Counted from the stretch's first letter, positions 20,934-31,431 are shown. The stretch: DNA of 57,997 nucleotides from Tubiluchus corallicola (GCA_030141605.1 JAQGDQ010002416.1:1-57997), one strand, 5' to 3'. Notes: generated by a model not told the origin, from the sequence alone. Program-made: numbers and translations.

Positions 20934-23900
20934 ATGAAAAACATCACTTCTCTTTTATTGTTAAAAAACATAGTAGCTTTATTGCTATGTCTCTTAACAA
21001 GCAACTATATACACGGGCAGAAAAGTTACTTGCCCTCCCCTGTTGATCAAGAAGGGGGTGGAGAGCTTCCAAATAATATATGGAAAACAATAGATATGTT
21101 TAGTGGAGAAAATATTGTTTTCCAAATTACGAAGAACCATAGAGGTACAGGTATTGCCAAATACAATGATGATGACTCTTATTGGTATTTCTATCAATCT
21201 AGTATATATTTAAGGGGCGAACTAGGTTTTCTGCTACGTGGCACAGGTGATACAATTGGCAGTATAGAAACTGTTACAGAATATTTAAATGATAGTTTAG
21301 CTTCAGCCGAAGCTGATAATTTCACAGGTCCTCATCCTACTTATTCAGTATCAGGAGGGGCAGGAACTTTTCATATAGAATTTCAAAAGGGCTCAAGCGA
21401 TAAACTTTATAGTATTTGGGTTAATAATGAAGGAGGGGCAGCTCTTTTTACAGATTTTTCAGCAGGGGGAAGTAGTGGTGTACTCCAAAGAACAGCAGCG
21501 CCAGTAAATATAGCGGGAGAAATAAGCTATATTAAGATTAGTTCTAACCAACCGAATACCAGAGAAGAAATCTTAAAATTTTGGTGGACAGGCTACGAGC
21601 CAGTAACCATAGATACGGCCTATGTTAATAGTGATGGAGAGAGTATTACGGTAACACTAAGCCGAGCAATAACCTCTGCATTTATTCCTTTTACTGATTT
21701 TACTATAAATGGTCAAACCATTATTGATGGTAGTATAGATGTTGCTCAAAAAGAAATTACATTCAACCTACAAGATATTATATACAAAGGCACAACAGGC
21801 TTAACTTTATCTTACTCGCCTACTACTACTACTTTATATGGAGTTGATCACAGAACTGAAGAAGGGGGTATAGAACGTCCCTTTATAGAAACTAATGTAC
21901 CTATTAATACTATCATTGCCCCTCCGCGCCCTATAGAAGTAGTAGGTAGTCCCAGCACAAATAGCGAAGGTGATACAATTATCCTTGATTTCAATGTAGA
22001 AATGGCAACAGTAACTCAGCCCTCTGGAAGTTTAGGATTTGTCACAAGCACAGGAAATACCATAAGCAAAGTAGAAGTAAACCCCAACCAAACTACACAA
22101 CTATGGCTGATAGTGGACGTTGCATTTGTTAATACAGATGTAATATTTTTAAACTATGTGAATAGTGGGACAGATATACAATCAACAGATGGAGCTGTAT
22201 TGTCCGACTTTGATAATATGTTTATAATAAACTCCGTTACAGGAGCCCCTCCTGTATCGTATCTATTTATTGCCAACTATAGAGGAGATACAGTGTTTCT
22301 CACTACATCTCAAGATATAGATGCTGCTACTATTGCAACTGACCAAAAGGACTTTTTTACATTAATGATAGAAGGCACATCCGCTTCGGTTGAAGATGTT
22401 TTACTAATAGGGAACAATGTTATAGCTCTTGCTATAGATACAGTTTTGGAAAATACTTTTCAGCAAGTAACGGTATCCTACAATGGTGAAGGCACAATAA
22501 CATCTGTTGATGGTATCCCTATGTTAGCTTTTGAAGACAGACCAGTAGATATAAGCAATACACCGGGCAAAGCACCAATGTTTCTATCATCCACAACAAA
22601 TAAAATTGGGGACAGTGTAATAGTGTTTTTTGATAGCGAATTGGAACTAATTCCTGTTGGCGTTGAAGAAGATTTTTTAATTAGACTTACTAATATTAAT
22701 GGTGAAACTGTTGATACTTTACAAGCAGGAGATATAAATACAATAACTAGTGCAAATGAGATATTATATATAAAATTAGATGCCACCCTCATACACAAAG
22801 ACCATACCATAGAACTAAAATACGAAGGGGCTTCATCGCAAGATAAAGAAATAAAAAATACAGATAGAGGAGTATTAAAAGGATTTAGCTGGATGGAAGT
22901 ATCTAATGTGTTACCCGGGGCAGGTTTTTTGCCCGATAGTGTAACTGTTAGCTCCGATGGATTTATCATCTACATCCACGCTCCCAAAGTAATGAAGGAT
23001 ACTGTTTATAGCCAAACCTCTCCGACACTCAACAATTTTACAATACTAGTAAATAATACTACTGTAAATGTAACAAGCATCTATCGCAAAAATAACGATG
23101 AGAGTACACTAATGCTTTATATTCCTCAAAAAATAAAATATGAAGACAAAGTTGTTGTAGCCAATCTATTAGATGCCAATTCAGAAATAATAACATCTGC
23201 AGATGGTGGGATAATGAAAAGTTTTAATATGGAGGCTATAAACAAGGCGCAGGGTATAGCACCAGTAATAGCAGGAGATGTATATACAGAAGAAACAGGA
23301 AGGAAAATAATAATTCCCTTGGATAAACCTATAGTAGAGGTAGGGGCTTCTACTAGCCCATTTACAGCCTTTGTAAGTTCCTTGAATGAAAGCACGCAAA
23401 AATATGAAGACCCACAAAGTAGAAACTTTTTAAATGTGAATGTTGTAGATGAAACCTATTTGGAACTTACAATAGAAAGGCGCTTGCTTTATACAGACCA
23501 AGTAACATTGCAATATATAAATGGTGAAATAAAGACGAATAATAATGGGTATTTACAAAACTTTATAGACTTACCTGTAATTAACAACTCACCCCAAGAA
23601 GATGTAGAAATACTTGTAGCATATGTGGGGGCAGACAAACAGTCAATAGAAATACTTTGCAGTAAGGAGGTAAGTGAGGAGCTATTGGATGGAGAAAGGA
23701 CACTTAATGATATGATTCCAGCCTTTGATATAAAGATAAATGATATTGCTTTGGAAGAAGACAATATTATTGACCAAATAATACTCAAAGAGGGAAGGGA
23801 AGATATAATTGTATTGCAGTTGTCAGAAAAAGTATATGAAAATCCATCTGACACAGTAGCCTTATCTTATATAGGATTCTTGATAAGAGCCAAAGAAGAT

Positions 23901-24533
23901 TTAGCACCATTGGCACAGTTTGCAGATGAAATGGTTATTAATGGAACGGGGAATACTCCACCTTCTATAAAAGAATCTTATACATCAGCTAATGGGCAAT
24001 GGATATACTTGGAGTTGGATGAGGAAATAGACAAAATAGAACAAAAAGCATTAGAGGACTTTACCATATTGTTTGATGATATGATGAACACCTCAAGAAT
24101 AGTAGGTATGTTCATTGGCAAGAAGAACACAAAACAATTGGCTTTAGAGTTAGACCTTTTTGGAACGAGAAAGATAGATAAATATGTAGAAATAGAACTA
24201 GATTTTGTTAAAACGTTGACAAAAGTAAAAACGAAGGATGGGAGTGAGTTAGAATCATTTAATAGGCCAATAGCTGTGAAAAATTTGGTAGAAGAGAAAG
24301 TGTTTTTGCTATTAGGACAAGACCAAATACGTATAATTACTACTGAAAGCTTAGGAAGAATAATTGTATATGATATGAATGGGCATATAAAATATGAGCA
24401 TAGTCAGAAAATATTTGACAAATATTTTACTGTAGATATTTCCTCTTATTTAAATGACAATGGAGGTTTGTATATAATATGTTTACTTAGACACGATGGG
24501 AGTGTAATTATGACAAGGAAGTTTATATACTAA
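20934..24533 (+). CDS. Large T9SS-secreted protein with about 8 SwmB-like repeats and an unassigned N-terminal domain
   Basis: Signal peptide, repeated ~110-aa units (NSDGESITVTL, NSEGDTIILDF, SSDGFIIYI, SANGQWIYLEL and others) and a type-A CTD-like end (IVYDMNG...GLYII...TRKFIY). Confidence 0.7.
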   Translation: MKNITSLLLLKNIVALLLCLLTSNYIHGQKSYLPSPVDQEGGGELPNNIWKTIDMFSGENIVFQITKNHRGTGIAKYNDDDSYWYFYQSSIYLRGELGFLLRGTGDTIGSIETVTEYLNDSLASAEADNFTGPHPTYSVSGGAGTFHIEFQKGSSDKLYSIWVNNEGGAALFTDFSAGGSSGVLQRTAAPVNIAGEISYIKISSNQPNTREEILKFWWTGYEPVTIDTAYVNSDGESITVTLSRAITSAFIPFTDFTINGQTIIDGSIDVAQKEITFNLQDIIYKGTTGLTLSYSPTTTTLYGVDHRTEEGGIERPFIETNVPINTIIAPPRPIEVVGSPSTNSEGDTIILDFNVEMATVTQPSGSLGFVTSTGNTISKVEVNPNQTTQLWLIVDVAFVNTDVIFLNYVNSGTDIQSTDGAVLSDFDNMFIINSVTGAPPVSYLFIANYRGDTVFLTTSQDIDAATIATDQKDFFTLMIEGTSASVEDVLLIGNNVIALAIDTVLENTFQQVTVSYNGEGTITSVDGIPMLAFEDRPVDISNTPGKAPMFLSSTTNKIGDSVIVFFDSELELIPVGVEEDFLIRLTNINGETVDTLQAGDINTITSANEILYIKLDATLIHKDHTIELKYEGASSQDKEIKNTDRGVLKGFSWMEVSNVLPGAGFLPDSVTVSSDGFIIYIHAPKVMKDTVYSQTSPTLNNFTILVNNTTVNVTSIYRKNNDESTLMLYIPQKIKYEDKVVVANLLDANSEIITSADGGIMKSFNMEAINKAQGIAPVIAGDVYTEETGRKIIIPLDKPIVEVGASTSPFTAFVSSLNESTQKYEDPQSRNFLNVNVVDETYLELTIERRLLYTDQVTLQYINGEIKTNNNGYLQNFIDLPVINNSPQEDVEILVAYVGADKQSIEILCSKEVSEELLDGERTLNDMIPAFDIKINDIALEEDNIIDQIILKEGREDIIVLQLSEKVYENPSDTVALSYIGFLIRAKEDLAPLAQFADEMVINGTGNTPPSIKESYTSANGQWIYLELDEEIDKIEQKALEDFTILFDDMMNTSRIVGMFIGKKNTKQLALELDLFGTRKIDKYVEIELDFVKTLTKVKTKDGSELESFNRPIAVKNLVEEKVFLLLGQDQIRIITTESLGRIIVYDMNGHIKYEHSQKIFDKYFTVDISSYLNDNGGLYIICLLRHDGSVIMTRKFIY

Positions 24534-24555
24534 AAAAAACAATGTAGGTATTTCA

Positions 24556-24596
24556 AGCACCATCTTATAAACTGTGTAAGTTTATAAGATGGTGCT
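24556..24596 (+). terminator. Intrinsic terminator after the susC-susD-T9SS operon
   Basis: Perfect 18-bp stem AGCACCATCTTATAAACT-gtgta-AGTTTATAAGATGGTGCT followed by ATTTT. Confidence 0.85.
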
Positions 24597-24996
24597 ATTT
24601 TCGACACAGTTTGTGAAACAGTGTCCACAGGGGCTAATACAAAGAGGAAAAACAGTAACTTCACCCATTCTTACCCTATACTTAAAGAGAAAAAAAGGGT
24701 GAAGTTTAGAAAACAGGTTACTTATTTACAAGATAAGACAATTATCCCTCACCTACTAAGGCAGTATAACACCCAAACGAATAGCACACACCACCCCAAC
24801 AACCACATCACAAACCACCCTAAACTGTTATATCCTCCGTGAAAACAACAGTATTTCAACAAGATAAACAATAGAAAAACAGAGAATTAACCCACCACCC
24901 TAAACTATTTTAATTAGTATTTTCAATTTTTTTAGTGAGAAAAAAAATCATTATACTTGTATTCCATTTATATAAAATATCTACAAATAACAACTA

Positions 24997-27045
24997 ATGG
25001 AGAACTTCAAAGAAAAAACTAATCATATTTGGGCAGTGGCTGACTTATTGAGGGGCGATTACAAACAGGCTGATTATGGAAAAGTTATACTGCCTTTTAC
25101 GGTATTAAGGCGTTTGGACTGTATATTAGCTCCTACCAAAGAAAAGGTACTGAAAAACTTAGAAAACGATAAGTTTAGCCCAACTGTTTTAGAAGGAATA
25201 TTAAATACAACTACTGGCTATAACTTTCATTGTAAAAGTGAATACGATTTTCAAAGACTCATAGAAGACCCTAATAATATAGCTAAAAACCTTAGAACTT
25301 ACATCAGTAGTTTTTCTGAAAATGTAAGAGATATTATAGAGCATTTCAACTTTGAAAACCAGATAGAAAAGCTCAACAAACAAAACCTATTGTTTGAAGT
25401 AGTAAAGAAATTTACTGAAATAGACTTAACCCATACCGACAGTATGGAGATGGGCTATGTCTTTGAGGAACTTATACGAAAGTTTGCAGAGCAATCTAAC
25501 GAAACAGCAGGAGAACACTTTACACCCAGAGAAGTAATAAAACTGATGGTAAATCTATTGTTTATCAACGATAAAGAAATCTTAACAAGAAAAGGTATTA
25601 TAAAAACAATATACGACCCTGCTTGCGGAACAGGAGGTATGCTATCGGTGGCAGAAACATTTTTAAATCAACTTAACAAGGAGGCTACCTTAGAGGTATT
25701 TGGGCAAGAGCTCAACTCCGAGTCTTATGCTATGTGCAAGTCGGATATGCTTATAAAAGGACAAACATTAGACAATATCAAATTTGGCAATACCTTTTTG
25801 GTTGATGGATTACAAGGAAAAACCTTTGATTATATGCTCTCTAATCCACCTTTTGGGGTAGATTGGAAAAAAGCAGAAAAAATTATCAAAGACGAACATC
25901 AACAACAAGGCCCTGCAGGGCGGTTTGGTGCAGGATACCCACGCATCAGCGATGGTTCTTTGTTGTTCCTTCAACATATGATACAAAAAATGAAACCCAC
26001 ACACAAAGGGGGTAGCCGTGTAGCTATTGTGTTCAATGGGTCGCCTCTGTTTACAGGGCAGGCAGGTAGTGGTGAAAGCGAGATAAGAAAATGGCTCATA
26101 GAAAACGACTATTTGGAAACTATTATAGCTATGCCCGACCAGCTGTTTTACAACACTGGCATTGCCACTTATGTATGGATAGTAACCAACCACAAAACAA
26201 AGGAGCGTAAAGGCAAAATACAGCTTATAAACGCTACAGGCAAAAGTGATGAAGAGGAGATAAACAACGGAGAAAGAGAAATCAATCGTTTTTGGGAGAA
26301 AATGCCCAGAAGTCTTGGTGACAAAAGGAAAAAAATTGCCGAAAATGGAGAGACGAAAGGTATAGGCTACATCACTCAACTATATAGTGAGAATGCAAAA
26401 AATAAATTTTGTAAAATACTACCTAATGACTATTTTGGATATACACAAATAACCGTAGAACGTCCCTTGCGACTGGTTACACACCTTATACCCAATAGAT
26501 TGGAGAATATAAAGCACAAAGACCCTGAAAAAATCAAGGAACTCAAAGAAATGTTTGCACCCGTATTACAAGAGTTACAAGATATATTGGGAGAAGAAAA
26601 ACTGTACAACTACAACGCTATAAAACCCACTATAAACAAAACACTACAAAAAACGGGCTGGAGTGCCTCAATCAAAAAAATATTTATCAATACCATTACC
26701 TATACACACGAAAAGGCAAAAAGAGTAATAAAAACCAAAAAAGGAAATACCATAACCTACGAACCCGACCCCAACTTACGAGACAAAGAAAACATACCCT
26801 TTTTGAAGGAAGACAAAAACGGCAACTTACAGCCCCAAAGCATAGATACCTACTTTGAAGAAGAGGTACTACCTCACATACCTGATGCGTGGATAGACGA
26901 CACAAAAACAAAAACAGGCTACGAAATAAACTTTACCAAATACTTCTACGAGTTTAAACCCCTGCGACCTATAGAAGAGATAAAAGCTGATATTTTACAA
27001 CTGGAGAAAGAAACCCTAACAGTAGAAACCAATATTTTAGCATAA
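24997..27045 (+). CDS. hsdM: Type I R-M methyltransferase subunit
   Basis: IWAVADLLRGDY, GEHFTPREV, YDPACGTGGML, NPPFG and FYNTGIATY. Confidence 0.95.
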   Translation: MENFKEKTNHIWAVADLLRGDYKQADYGKVILPFTVLRRLDCILAPTKEKVLKNLENDKFSPTVLEGILNTTTGYNFHCKSEYDFQRLIEDPNNIAKNLRTYISSFSENVRDIIEHFNFENQIEKLNKQNLLFEVVKKFTEIDLTHTDSMEMGYVFEELIRKFAEQSNETAGEHFTPREVIKLMVNLLFINDKEILTRKGIIKTIYDPACGTGGMLSVAETFLNQLNKEATLEVFGQELNSESYAMCKSDMLIKGQTLDNIKFGNTFLVDGLQGKTFDYMLSNPPFGVDWKKAEKIIKDEHQQQGPAGRFGAGYPRISDGSLLFLQHMIQKMKPTHKGGSRVAIVFNGSPLFTGQAGSGESEIRKWLIENDYLETIIAMPDQLFYNTGIATYVWIVTNHKTKERKGKIQLINATGKSDEEEINNGEREINRFWEKMPRSLGDKRKKIAENGETKGIGYITQLYSENAKNKFCKILPNDYFGYTQITVERPLRLVTHLIPNRLENIKHKDPEKIKELKEMFAPVLQELQDILGEEKLYNYNAIKPTINKTLQKTGWSASIKKIFINTITYTHEKAKRVIKTKKGNTITYEPDPNLRDKENIPFLKEDKNGNLQPQSIDTYFEEEVLPHIPDAWIDDTKTKTGYEINFTKYFYEFKPLRPIEEIKADILQLEKETLTVETNILA

Positions 27046-27048
27046 ACA

Positions 27049-28275
27049 GTGAAACCCTACCCCACATACAAGTCCACGAACCTACAATGGTTAGGCAATA
27101 TCCCTGAACATTGGGAAGTGAAAAAACTGAAGTATGCGTTTACTATTATTATGGGACAGTCTCCAAATTCTCAAGACTGTAATCAAAGCAAAAACGGAAT
27201 GCCTTTTTTACAAGGAAATGCAGAATTTGGAATATTTTTCCCTAAAGAGACTACTTGGTGTATAGCTCCTCCTAAAATATCAAGTATTAATAATGTTTTA
27301 CTTTCTGTCAGAGCTCCTATTGGTGCAATAAATATTTCTGATAAACAATACGGAATAGGAAGGGGACTTTGTGCATTGAAGGCAGATAACTATAAATTTC
27401 TATATTACCTCTTGCTTATTCTTAATGATGAGTTAAATAGTTTGGGTACAGGCTCTACCTTTACCGCAATTTCTACAGACCAAGTAAAAAACATACCCAT
27501 TCCCCTCCCACCCCTTGCAGAACAACAAAAAATAGCCAACTACCTTGACCAAAAAACAGCGGACATAGACACACTGATACAAAAGAAACAACAACTTATA
27601 CAACTGTATGAAGAAGAACGCCAAGCCCTTATCAACCAAGCCGTAACACAAGGCACAAACCCCAACACCCCACTAAAAGACAGCAGTGTAACGTGGCTCG
27701 GCAACATACCCAAACATTGGGAGGTGAAAAAACTGAAGTATGCGTTTACTATTATTATGGGACAGTCTCCAAATTCTCAAGACTGTAATCAAAGCAAAAA
27801 CGGAATGCCTTTTTTACAAGGAAATGCAGAATTTGGAATATTTTTCCCTAAAGAGACTACTTGGTGTATAGCTCCTCCTAAAATATCAAGTATTAATAAT
27901 GTTTTACTTTCTGTCAGAGCTCCTATTGGTGCAATAAATATTTCTGATAAACAATACGGAATAGGAAGGGGACTTTGTGCATTGAAGGCAGATAACTATA
28001 AATTTCTATATTACCTCTTGCTTATTCTTAATGATGAGTTAAATAGTTTGGGTACAGGCTCTACCTTTACCGCAATTTCTACAGACCAAGTAAAAAACAT
28101 ACCCATTCCCCTCCCGCCCCTTGCAGAACAAAAAGAAATAGTCAACCATATAGAACAAGAAAGCCAAAGGATAGATGAAAAAATAAACAAAGCACAACAG
28201 CACATTGCCTTGTTGGAAGAATACCGCACCGCACTCATCAGCGAGGTAGTAACAGGCAAAGTATGTGTAGTATAG
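27049..28275 (+). CDS. hsdS: Type I R-M specificity subunit with two identical TRDs
   Basis: MKPYPTYK..WLGNIPEHWEV, PLPPLAEQ twice and EYRTALISEVVTGK; located between hsdM and hsdR. Confidence 0.93.
   Translation: MKPYPTYKSTNLQWLGNIPEHWEVKKLKYAFTIIMGQSPNSQDCNQSKNGMPFLQGNAEFGIFFPKETTWCIAPPKISSINNVLLSVRAPIGAINISDKQYGIGRGLCALKADNYKFLYYLLLILNDELNSLGTGSTFTAISTDQVKNIPIPLPPLAEQQKIANYLDQKTADIDTLIQKKQQLIQLYEEERQALINQAVTQGTNPNTPLKDSSVTWLGNIPKHWEVKKLKYAFTIIMGQSPNSQDCNQSKNGMPFLQGNAEFGIFFPKETTWCIAPPKISSINNVLLSVRAPIGAINISDKQYGIGRGLCALKADNYKFLYYLLLILNDELNSLGTGSTFTAISTDQVKNIPIPLPPLAEQKEIVNHIEQESQRIDEKINKAQQHIALLEEYRTALISEVVTGKVCVV
27118..28115 (+). repeat. 392-bp direct repeat inside hsdS (27118-27509 and 27724-28115, offset 606 nt)
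   Basis: By-eye comparison found no mismatch between the two TRD-coding segments; identity resumes after one mismatch at 27510/28116. Confidence 0.92.
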
Positions 28276-28302
28276 TATAAAACATTATAAGCCTTAAACA
28301 CA

Positions 28303-31287
28303 ATGAACGAAATTTTAAAAGAAAAAACATTTGAAGCAGCCATAGAAGAAAGCCTTATACAACAGGGAAGCTACCAGCATTTAGACGCATCGGGCTACAA
28401 CCCCGAGTTAGGACTATTCCCCCAAGCAGTAATAGACTTCTTCAAAACCAGTCAGCCCAAAGAGTGGCAACGTATTAGCCAGTTACACAGGGCTGATACC
28501 GAACAAAAAGTATTACACCGACTTACCCAACAACTCAACACACAAGGCAGTTTACACATACTACGACACGGCTTCAAAGACAATGGAGTAACATTCTCAA
28601 TGTCTTTTTCTCAACCCGAAACAAGCCTCAACCCCCAAACCCTCAAAGACTATGAGCAAAATCAACTTTGTGTTGTCCGCCAGTTAAAATACAGCCCACA
28701 CAACAACAAATCCGTAGATATGGTTTTAGTCCTCAACGGCATACCCATAGCAACACTGGAACTTAAAAACCAATTCACAGGGCAAAACGTAACACACGCC
28801 CAAAAGCAATTCAACACCACCCGTAGCCCCAAAGAGTTACTATTTAGTTTCAAAAAACGCACTTTGATACATTTTTCGGTAGATAGTGACGAGGTGTATA
28901 TGGCTACCAAACTACAAGGCAGCAGTACCCATTGGCTACCCTTCAACAAAGGCTACAACAACGGGGCTGGCAACCCACTCAACCCACAAGGCTATAAAAC
29001 AGCTTACCTATGGGAAGAGGTTTTACAAAAAGATAGCTTGTTGGAGATTGTGCATCGCTTTATGCACCTACAAGATGAACGGACAACATTAATCTTTCCC
29101 CGTTACCATCAATTAGACGTAGTACGCAGATTGATAAAAGATGTAAAACAGCAAAGAGCAGGAAAAAACTACCTCCTTCAGCACTCGGCAGGTAGTGGTA
29201 AGAGTAATTCTATAGCTTGGCTATCACATAGGCTTTCATCAGCACACGACCAAGACAACGAAAAGATATTTAACAGCATCATCGTTATTACAGATAGAAA
29301 AGTACTTGACCAACAATTACAAAACACCATATACCAGTTTGAACACGTAGCGGGTGTGGTACAATGTATAGAAAAAGACTCAACCCAATTAGCCAACGCT
29401 TTACAGTCGGGCAACGCAATCATTATTACCACCCTGCAAAAGTTTCCCTTTGTAATAGAAAAGGTAGGCAACTTACCCAACAGAAACTATGCTGTTGTCA
29501 TAGACGAAGCACATAGCTCGCAAGGAGGCGAAGCCCACAAAAATATGAAAGAGGTGCTAAGTGCCACCACCTTAGAAGAAGCAGAACAGATAGATAAAGA
29601 AACGCAACAAATCCCAGACTTAGAAGACGAGATAAACACCAATGTAGAAAAGGCTTGTAGCATAAGAGGGCAACAACCTAATATATCCTTTTTTGCCTTT
29701 ACAGCTACACCCAAATACAAAACCTTAGAAGTTTTTGGCAACAAAGAAAACGGTGAAAAAGCACAGCCCTTTCACCTATACGCAATGCGACAAGCCATAG
29801 AAGAAGGCTTTATCTTAGACGTGCTACAAAACTACACGACCTACAAAACTTACTTTGGAATAGCCAAAGCCATAGAAGACGACCCCAAGTTAGACAAAAA
29901 GAAAGGCTTGCGGGCTATAATGCGATTTTCCAGTTTGCACCCTTACAACATTGAGCAAAAAACAGCACTTATAGTAGAACACTTTAAAGCAACCACACTG
30001 CACAAAATAGAGGGCAAGGCTAAAGCTATGCTGATAACCCCCTCTCGCCTGCACGCCAAACGTTACTACGAAGCCTTTATAAAATACATAGCACAAAAAG
30101 GATACAACAACATAGGTACATTAGTAGCCTTCTCGGGCAAGGTGATAGATGAGAATTACCCCGATGGAGTGTCAGAACCACAATTGACAGGTTTTGGAGA
30201 AAAAGAGCTACCTACCCAATTTGAACAACCACATCATAAAATATTGATAGTAGCCGATAAATACCAAACAGGATTTGACCAACCACTACTGCACACTATG
30301 TATATAGACAAACCCTTAGCAAGTGTAAAAGCTGTGCAAACACTCTCAAGGCTCAATAGAACCCACAAAGGCAAAGAAGATACCTTTATCCTTGACTTTG
30401 CTAACGAAACAGAAGATATACAAGAAGCCTTTCAGCCCTATTATGAAAAGACCATTGTAAAAGAAGAAGTAGACCCTAACCACTTATACGACAAAAAACA
30501 ATGGCTTGACGACCAACAAATATACCTTGCCTCAGAAGTAGAAGCCTTTGCTAAAGTGTATTTCTCTACCAACTATAATTTGAACGACAAAAAGAAACAA
30601 AGAGAACTGTATGCCCTTTTAGACCCTGCCTTAGACAGATACAAAGCCATAGAAAGCGAAGAAGAGCGAGAGAAATTTAAAAAAGCCCTGAGAATGTGGA
30701 CAAACCTTTATGCTTTCATAGCACAAATAATGCCTTTTAAAGAACCCGACTTTGAAAAGTTTTACGCCTTTGCCAAAATACTACAAAAACGACTGCCCAA
30801 ACGCAGCCTTGCAGAAGCAATGAAACTTACAGACGAATTAGCATTAGAATATTACCGCCTACAAAAAATAGAAGAAACAAAAATAAAACTGGAAAAAGGA
30901 GAGGATGGAGCTTTAGACGGATTGGCAGAAACAGGACTAAAAACAGCTAAAGAAGAAAAATCACCCTTATCAGAATTGGTAGAGGTATTTAACGATACTT
31001 TTGGTAGAGAAATAAAAGAAAGCGACAAACTGTTTTTTGACCAAATAAAACTATCCCTTTTAAACAACGAAATATTAATGAAACAACGAGAGGCAAACAA
31101 TACAGAAAATTTCAAATTAGGGTTTGATAAACAATTTGACAATGCCGTTTTGGGTCGTGCAAAAGAAAACACCGAAATAGTAAACAAAATATTTGATAAC
31201 AATTCCACATTTAGGCAGGCTTTCAAGAATTTACTATTGAACGAAATATATAACGCACCTCAAAACCCTCCTGCTTCTGTAGATTAA
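28303..31287 (+). CDS. hsdR: Type I R-M restriction subunit
   Basis: Nuclease motif VDMVLVLNGIPIATLELKN, PRYHQ, Walker A HSAGSGKS, DEAH, FTATPK and QTLSRLNR. Confidence 0.95.
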   Translation: MNEILKEKTFEAAIEESLIQQGSYQHLDASGYNPELGLFPQAVIDFFKTSQPKEWQRISQLHRADTEQKVLHRLTQQLNTQGSLHILRHGFKDNGVTFSMSFSQPETSLNPQTLKDYEQNQLCVVRQLKYSPHNNKSVDMVLVLNGIPIATLELKNQFTGQNVTHAQKQFNTTRSPKELLFSFKKRTLIHFSVDSDEVYMATKLQGSSTHWLPFNKGYNNGAGNPLNPQGYKTAYLWEEVLQKDSLLEIVHRFMHLQDERTTLIFPRYHQLDVVRRLIKDVKQQRAGKNYLLQHSAGSGKSNSIAWLSHRLSSAHDQDNEKIFNSIIVITDRKVLDQQLQNTIYQFEHVAGVVQCIEKDSTQLANALQSGNAIIITTLQKFPFVIEKVGNLPNRNYAVVIDEAHSSQGGEAHKNMKEVLSATTLEEAEQIDKETQQIPDLEDEINTNVEKACSIRGQQPNISFFAFTATPKYKTLEVFGNKENGEKAQPFHLYAMRQAIEEGFILDVLQNYTTYKTYFGIAKAIEDDPKLDKKKGLRAIMRFSSLHPYNIEQKTALIVEHFKATTLHKIEGKAKAMLITPSRLHAKRYYEAFIKYIAQKGYNNIGTLVAFSGKVIDENYPDGVSEPQLTGFGEKELPTQFEQPHHKILIVADKYQTGFDQPLLHTMYIDKPLASVKAVQTLSRLNRTHKGKEDTFILDFANETEDIQEAFQPYYEKTIVKEEVDPNHLYDKKQWLDDQQIYLASEVEAFAKVYFSTNYNLNDKKKQRELYALLDPALDRYKAIESEEEREKFKKALRMWTNLYAFIAQIMPFKEPDFEKFYAFAKILQKRLPKRSLAEAMKLTDELALEYYRLQKIEETKIKLEKGEDGALDGLAETGLKTAKEEKSPLSELVEVFNDTFGREIKESDKLFFDQIKLSLLNNEILMKQREANNTENFKLGFDKQFDNAVLGRAKENTEIVNKIFDNNSTFRQAFKNLLLNEIYNAPQNPPASVD

Positions 31288-31329
31288 ATAATTTTTATCC
31301 TTTAGTTTTTAACTTTTAACTTAATATAC

Positions 31330-31337
31330 TACATTTG
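31330..31337 (+). promoter_or_regulatory. Candidate -7 promoter element upstream of the structured leader
   Basis: TACATTTG matches TANNTTTG. Confidence 0.4.
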
Positions 31338-31431
31338 CTACAACAACTTAAAACATAAAACTATATGACTTAAAAACACTATTTAAACATCATTTAAAAT
31401 AACAACATAATAAGCAATAGCTTATATTCTT

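Noticed and set aside
24621-24842. 73-aa ORF upstream of hsdM
   Set aside because: GTG start, low-complexity A/C-rich translation, overlaps repeats; probably spurious.
27049-28275. Invertible hsdS shufflon
   Set aside because: The repeats are direct, not inverted, and no recombinase or silent hsdS copies are present in the window.
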